Shown here: positions 59,715 through 64,000 of the stretch, piece by piece
Layout: the number at the start of each line of letters is the position of its first letter
How positions within the stretch are numbered: position 1 is the first letter of the stretch
From: Nemertoderma westbladi
Lineage: Eukaryota; Animalia; Xenacoelomorpha
Direction of reading: 5' to 3'
DNA length: 64,000 nt
Assembly: GCA_032718475.1 (NCBI GenBank)
Contig: JAUCBJ010008729.1
Location: forward strand, 1,486-65,485
Notes under the pieces: model-generated
The model's input: the letters and a program-made list of their open reading frames with translations, nothing else
Databases searched by the model: none
What the model was told of the DNA's origin: nothing
Translations under genes and position numbers: made by a program

Positions 59715-62700
59715 TTATTGTTTGTTGTTTCTGGTTCTCCTCGTCCTCCTTTTAGGGACCTTTACCAGTTTCTTTTCCTTTTTTGGAATTTTGTAATCTC
59801 CGTGTTCGTATCTAGCTTCCTCAAGTAATACTAGTTTTTGAACTGGCCTGATTACTAAATCGTTGTATATACTCTTAACTGATACCGTTCGGATAACTCC
59901 ATCAGTAGCGGGATGAGTTTTGACTACGACTCCCGTTATCCAATGGCGTCTCTTTACATTTTCATCAGAAAGTAATACGAAGTCACCCTTTTTTAGATTT
60001 CTAGTCAGTTTGTACCATTTTGTCCTGGCTGAGATTGTTGGTAAATAATATTTAATCCAACTTTCCCAGAACCTGTCTGCCAAGAGTTGGGTAACTTTCC
60101 AAGATTTGCGACAGTATAAGTCGCTGTCATTGGGTATGGATGCTGGTACCAAAGGTGTTGGTGTCAGCATAAGAATGTGGTTGGGTGTCAGTGACATAGT
60201 GTTGTCCTCACTGTCTGTCACGATGGTCAAAGGTCTCGAGTTCAACGTGTGTTCAATCTCAATGAAAACGGTAACTAACTCATCATCATTGAGTGACTTG
60301 TTTTCAGGAATCGTCTTATACATCGCTAGTTTAATTGAACGTATAAGACGTTCCCAACACCCGCCACGCCACGGGCTGTCGACTGTATTAAAGTACCACG
60401 TGATCCTTTGTGGTTGTAGTTCCTTTGAGATCTTCGAGTGATCAAGACTATTGAAAGCTCGGTTGATCTCATTTTTACCTCCCACAAAGTTACTTCCTTT
60501 ATCGCAATAAATGGCCCTTACCAAGCCTCGCCGTGCAATAAATCGCCGTAATGCCAGTAAGAACGAATTTGTAGTCATATCAGCGACCCTTTCGATATGT
60601 ATCGCTCTGGAGGCCATACATATAAATAGTAGACCCCATCGCTTTATCAAACAACGGGCGCGCTTTGTTAATATCGGACCAAAGCAATCTAGCCCAGTGT
60701 TTGTAAAAGGTGGCTTATAAGCTTCCACACGCGCCAAAGGTAAGATACTCATTTCTTGACTAATTATTCTCGCTTGTAATTTCTTGCAACGAAAACAGTT
60801 GGACATCACAGACGTCAGTGCATTTGTTGGTTTCAATAAAATAAAACGTTGTCTAATGTCAGACAAGCAATGTGCACGACCTGCATGTTTAAGTTTTATG
60901 TGCGCATCTAACACAATAGAGCGCTGTAATTCAAAATGTTGAGGTATAATAATGGGATACAAGAAATGAGTTTCAAGGTTGGCTGCTTGCAATCGGGATT
61001 TATGACATATTAAACCCTTATAAATAGTAGGGCTTAATTTTGTCAGTTGTGATGACGTCACAGCCTTTCCGGTAGTAATTAAATTAAACTCCCGGGAAAA
61101 ACTGCGAATTTGGAAATGTTTTATTATAATATTTTCTGATTGATCTATCTCATCTTGAGACAATCCCTTGTTAAATGTTAAATCCTTGCGTTTTAATACA
61201 CGAAATTTTATAATTTCTATAAAACGCCGTAACCAAGCAGTCTTCCGACATATATCTAACCAAGATGAATTTGATTTTACTAATTTATCATAAACGCACC
61301 TGGCTGGATCTGAAGGTTCAGTTGCAGAGACTGGAATAGGTTTTTTAAACCCTAATGTATTGGTAGGGTCTGTCACTCCTACTGGGTTATTAACAATACT
61401 AACCTGATTATCTAATAATTGTGTGTCTATAGTATCTGACAATTTATTGGGCTTCGTAACTAATTGGGTGTCTATACTATCTGACGACACTTTCTTCAGA
61501 TTCGTTACGGGTGATTGACTATCGGTGACCATTATACCATTTGTCGGCCTTACAATTTTCTCCAACTTATCAATCCTAATATGACTAACCTTAGGTAGTA
61601 GTGTCTGATCCGTCTGTCCGTCTGCCTTATTGGTATTGCGCTTGCTTCTCAGAATCATCAATGTGGATTTGGTTGTATCCTCATGTTTGTCCATTTCTTT
61701 CTGAAAATGCTGGTTTGGTATTGATTTCCGCCCCAAATCCTTCCCTACGGAATTACTCACCTTAGGGTTCGAACTCGGGCCCTGTGGTTTCACGGATTTA
61801 TCCTTGCAATTTCCGTCAGCCTTAGCTTTAGATTTGTTAACCTTACTAACCTTTATCTCTGCGTTGTCAGGAAAATGACCAATACTACAATCAAATATAG
61901 CAGGCCATTGATTCTTGGACTTTTGCAAGAATGTTGGCCCATGTAGCCAGAAGTCTGTGGTCTCAATCCTACAGAAGTCATTAGGCATCATGCCTCGTGA
62001 AGGTATGTCTGCCGGGTTTTGGTCCCCAGGACAATGTCTCCAATCTTCTCTGATTGTGGAATCAAGTATTTGTGCCTTCCGATTTGCTACGAATGTGGGG
62101 AATGGGACTTCGTCACGTTTAAGATACATGAGAACTAGTGTCGAGTCAGTCCAAAATGTTGCCTTGATATCTGCTACTAACTCACGCTGTATTAACTTCG
62201 CTACTCCAGCTGATATTGTAGCTGCTTGTAGTTCACCTCTTGCAACTTTCGTATACTTCAGAGGAAGTGTCTTAGCCCGAGAAGTTACAAATGATGATTC
62301 AAATATACCTTGACTTACCTCTCTTCTCAAATATATAACTACTCCTAAACCATCAGTACTAGCGTCACTAAAGCAGTGCATTTCTAATGATGGGGGGAAT
62401 GTGGTTTGTGTGGGGAAATAGACACGCGGGATATTGAGTGTCTTCAATGTCGGTAACTGATCCTCCCATTGTCTCCATTGTATTGCTATCTCTTCTGATA
62501 TGGGTTCATCCCAATCGGTCTTACCTAACCAGATTTTCCTGAGATATATCCGAGCTTGTAATATGACCGGACTAATGAAACTAAGTGGGTCGAAAAGTTT
62601 GCTCATTGTAGATAAGCAAATACGTTTAGTGAGGACTCCATCCTTTGATGGTACTTTTACACGCACCTGAAATGTGTCGCTATTGGGATTCCAGACTAAG

Positions 62701-63911
62701 CCCAGGACCTTAGTTGTCGGTATTGGTTCGAATTCTAATTCGATATCGCCCATACTACGATCTTTCACTGGAAATGAATTTATTAGTTCAACTGAATTGG
62801 ATACGAACTTGGTTAGTCTGAATCCACCCGTTGCTACGCAACGTTGTATATCGTGTGCCATATCAATTGCTTCTTTTACAGTGTCACAGCACTTTAGGCC
62901 ATCGTCTGTATATATATCTTTTTTAATGGTCTCTATAACTCTTTCATTAAAGTTGTCCTTCTGTTTGTCTGCGGTCCTCTTAAGGGCGAAAATGCATCCG
63001 GTAGGACTATCTCTAGCTCCCTGACAATGTCTAGTCATTCTATAAACTGCAGGTTCACCTGTTAAATCCTTATTGGGGTACCAAAGAAACCTAAGACATT
63101 CTTGGTCTTCCTTCAAGGCGAACACCTGGTTAAACATGGATTCAATATCACACGTAAACGCTATATTACACTGACGAAAACGTAGGAGGATGCCAATTAA
63201 GTAATTATTCATGTTGGGACCATCAAGTAATTCAGAGTTTAATGACATACCCATATATTTCTCTCTACAGTCATTCACCACTCTAACTTTACCCGGTTTA
63301 TCCGGATGTATAACATAATGATGCGGTAAATAATACGTTTTGTCGGTAGTGATCTCGGGATGTTCCATCCTAATAGCGTATTTATTGTCGATATACATGT
63401 CCATTTGGGTCTGATATTGTTCATGTATAGCCGGATTATTGAGTAGACGTCTCCTAATCATTAACAGTCTCTTCAAAGCCAGAGGGTAATTATTTTTCAA
63501 CTTTGGCTTATCCTCTCTCCACAGCATCCCCACTTCAAAATGACCATTGGGTAGTTGGTTGATGGTTTTCTCCATAATATCTATGCATCTTTGTTCACTC
63601 ACAGATAATGCAGTGTCATAACTGTTAGGTTCTGCAGCATCCTGTTCCAGCCATTGTAATGTTTTACGATGCATCTCTTTATCATCCTCTAAATAATCAT
63701 AAGCTTCCATAAGTTCCACCTCAGTGGAATTTACGTTTCGGAGAGTCTCGAAGGACTCTAACCTTGTCTGAGAAGTATTGACAGTACAAAAACTCATGAT
63801 TCGGTGACTGTCCTTTCTGCTCTCGTCCGGGTCAAATTGCACTTGTCTGAGTTTTCCGATAGCTTCCTCTGACTCAACAGAGTCGTTATCAGATCCTCTG
63901 CAGGGGCTCAA
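59715..63911 (-). CDS. Element C pol (RT, RNase H, integrase); frame probably continues upstream past the window end
   Basis: RVVNDC, DIESMFNQ, GARDSP, YTDD, FDPLS; FSDAS, RGELQAA, WTDS; H-x4-H..C-x2-C, GLDCFGP, DKGSNF, GGCWERL. Confidence 0.95.
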   Translation of the reverse strand: MSPCRGSDNDSVESEEAIGKLRQVQFDPDESRKDSHRIMSFCTVNTSQTRLESFETLRNVNSTEVELMEAYDYLEDDKEMHRKTLQWLEQDAAEPNSYDTALSVSEQRCIDIMEKTINQLPNGHFEVGMLWREDKPKLKNNYPLALKRLLMIRRRLLNNPAIHEQYQTQMDMYIDNKYAIRMEHPEITTDKTYYLPHHYVIHPDKPGKVRVVNDCREKYMGMSLNSELLDGPNMNNYLIGILLRFRQCNIAFTCDIESMFNQVFALKEDQECLRFLWYPNKDLTGEPAVYRMTRHCQGARDSPTGCIFALKRTADKQKDNFNERVIETIKKDIYTDDGLKCCDTVKEAIDMAHDIQRCVATGGFRLTKFVSNSVELINSFPVKDRSMGDIELEFEPIPTTKVLGLVWNPNSDTFQVRVKVPSKDGVLTKRICLSTMSKLFDPLSFISPVILQARIYLRKIWLGKTDWDEPISEEIAIQWRQWEDQLPTLKTLNIPRVYFPTQTTFPPSLEMHCFSDASTDGLGVVIYLRREVSQGIFESSFVTSRAKTLPLKYTKVARGELQAATISAGVAKLIQRELVADIKATFWTDSTLVLMYLKRDEVPFPTFVANRKAQILDSTIREDWRHCPGDQNPADIPSRGMMPNDFCRIETTDFWLHGPTFLQKSKNQWPAIFDCSIGHFPDNAEIKVSKVNKSKAKADGNCKDKSVKPQGPSSNPKVSNSVGKDLGRKSIPNQHFQKEMDKHEDTTKSTLMILRSKRNTNKADGQTDQTLLPKVSHIRIDKLEKIVRPTNGIMVTDSQSPVTNLKKVSSDSIDTQLVTKPNKLSDTIDTQLLDNQVSIVNNPVGVTDPTNTLGFKKPIPVSATEPSDPARCVYDKLVKSNSSWLDICRKTAWLRRFIEIIKFRVLKRKDLTFNKGLSQDEIDQSENIIIKHFQIRSFSREFNLITTGKAVTSSQLTKLSPTIYKGLICHKSRLQAANLETHFLYPIIIPQHFELQRSIVLDAHIKLKHAGRAHCLSDIRQRFILLKPTNALTSVMSNCFRCKKLQARIISQEMSILPLARVEAYKPPFTNTGLDCFGPILTKRARCLIKRWGLLFICMASRAIHIERVADMTTNSFLLALRRFIARRGLVRAIYCDKGSNFVGGKNEINRAFNSLDHSKISKELQPQRITWYFNTVDSPWRGGCWERLIRSIKLAMYKTIPENKSLNDDELVTVFIEIEHTLNSRPLTIVTDSEDNTMSLTPNHILMLTPTPLVPASIPNDSDLYCRKSWKVTQLLADRFWESWIKYYLPTISARTKWYKLTRNLKKGDFVLLSDENVKRRHWITGVVVKTHPATDGVIRTVSVKSIYNDLVIRPVQKLVLLEEARYEHGDYKIPKKEKKLVKVPKRRTRRTRNNKQ

Positions 63912-64000
63912 ACCACAGTCTGAATCGTTGCTAAAGGTCTCACAACACTCTGACTGATTATCAGATTCTAATGAGCTATCTGATTGCTCATTAATGTCAC

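Larger units (their letters stand above)
56475..64000 (-). mobile_element. BEL/Pao LTR retrotransposon C (3' part; continues beyond the window)
   Basis: The 44-bp array is cut mid-unit by TGTTGCG at 56475. Pol 59715..63911 is closely similar to B pol. The second LTR and TSD are not visible. Confidence 0.8.

Overview
AT-rich eukaryotic (invertebrate-like) window that is almost entirely transposable elements, apparently lying within or beside the introns of a piRNA-pathway gene. Two + strand exons at 51408-52163 and 52710-52887 encode the C-terminal region of a TDRD9/Spindle-E helicase. Three unusually large BEL/Pao LTR retrotransposons dominate, all on the minus strand. Element A spans 8647-45164 (TSD GCCAT, 1.14-kb LTRs, ~17.2 kb net). 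Element B spans 24973-44304 (TSD TGGCG, 2.2-kb LTRs, 19.3 kb) and is nested in the 5' LTR of A. Element C starts at about 56475 and runs off the window end. Two shared features stand out. (1) A and B have no tRNA-type (TGG...) primer-binding site. Instead the 10-11 nt abutting the 5' LTR are perfectly complementary to a sequence inside their own LTR, the pairing stops exactly at the LTR edge, and the leader carries a duplicated junction with a hairpin. This is a self-priming signature I know only from Tf1/sushi-type Ty3/Gypsy elements. (2) A and B carry a large non-Env third ORF with three CCHC zinc knuckles between pol and the 3' LTR, and C retains a probable remnant. The rest of the window is a non-autonomous hAT, several LINE fragments (APE-RT, RTE-like, CRE-like, CR1/L2-like) and minisatellites, one of them amplified from LINE RT coding sequence. 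All family calls come from motif recognition by eye; no database searches were run.
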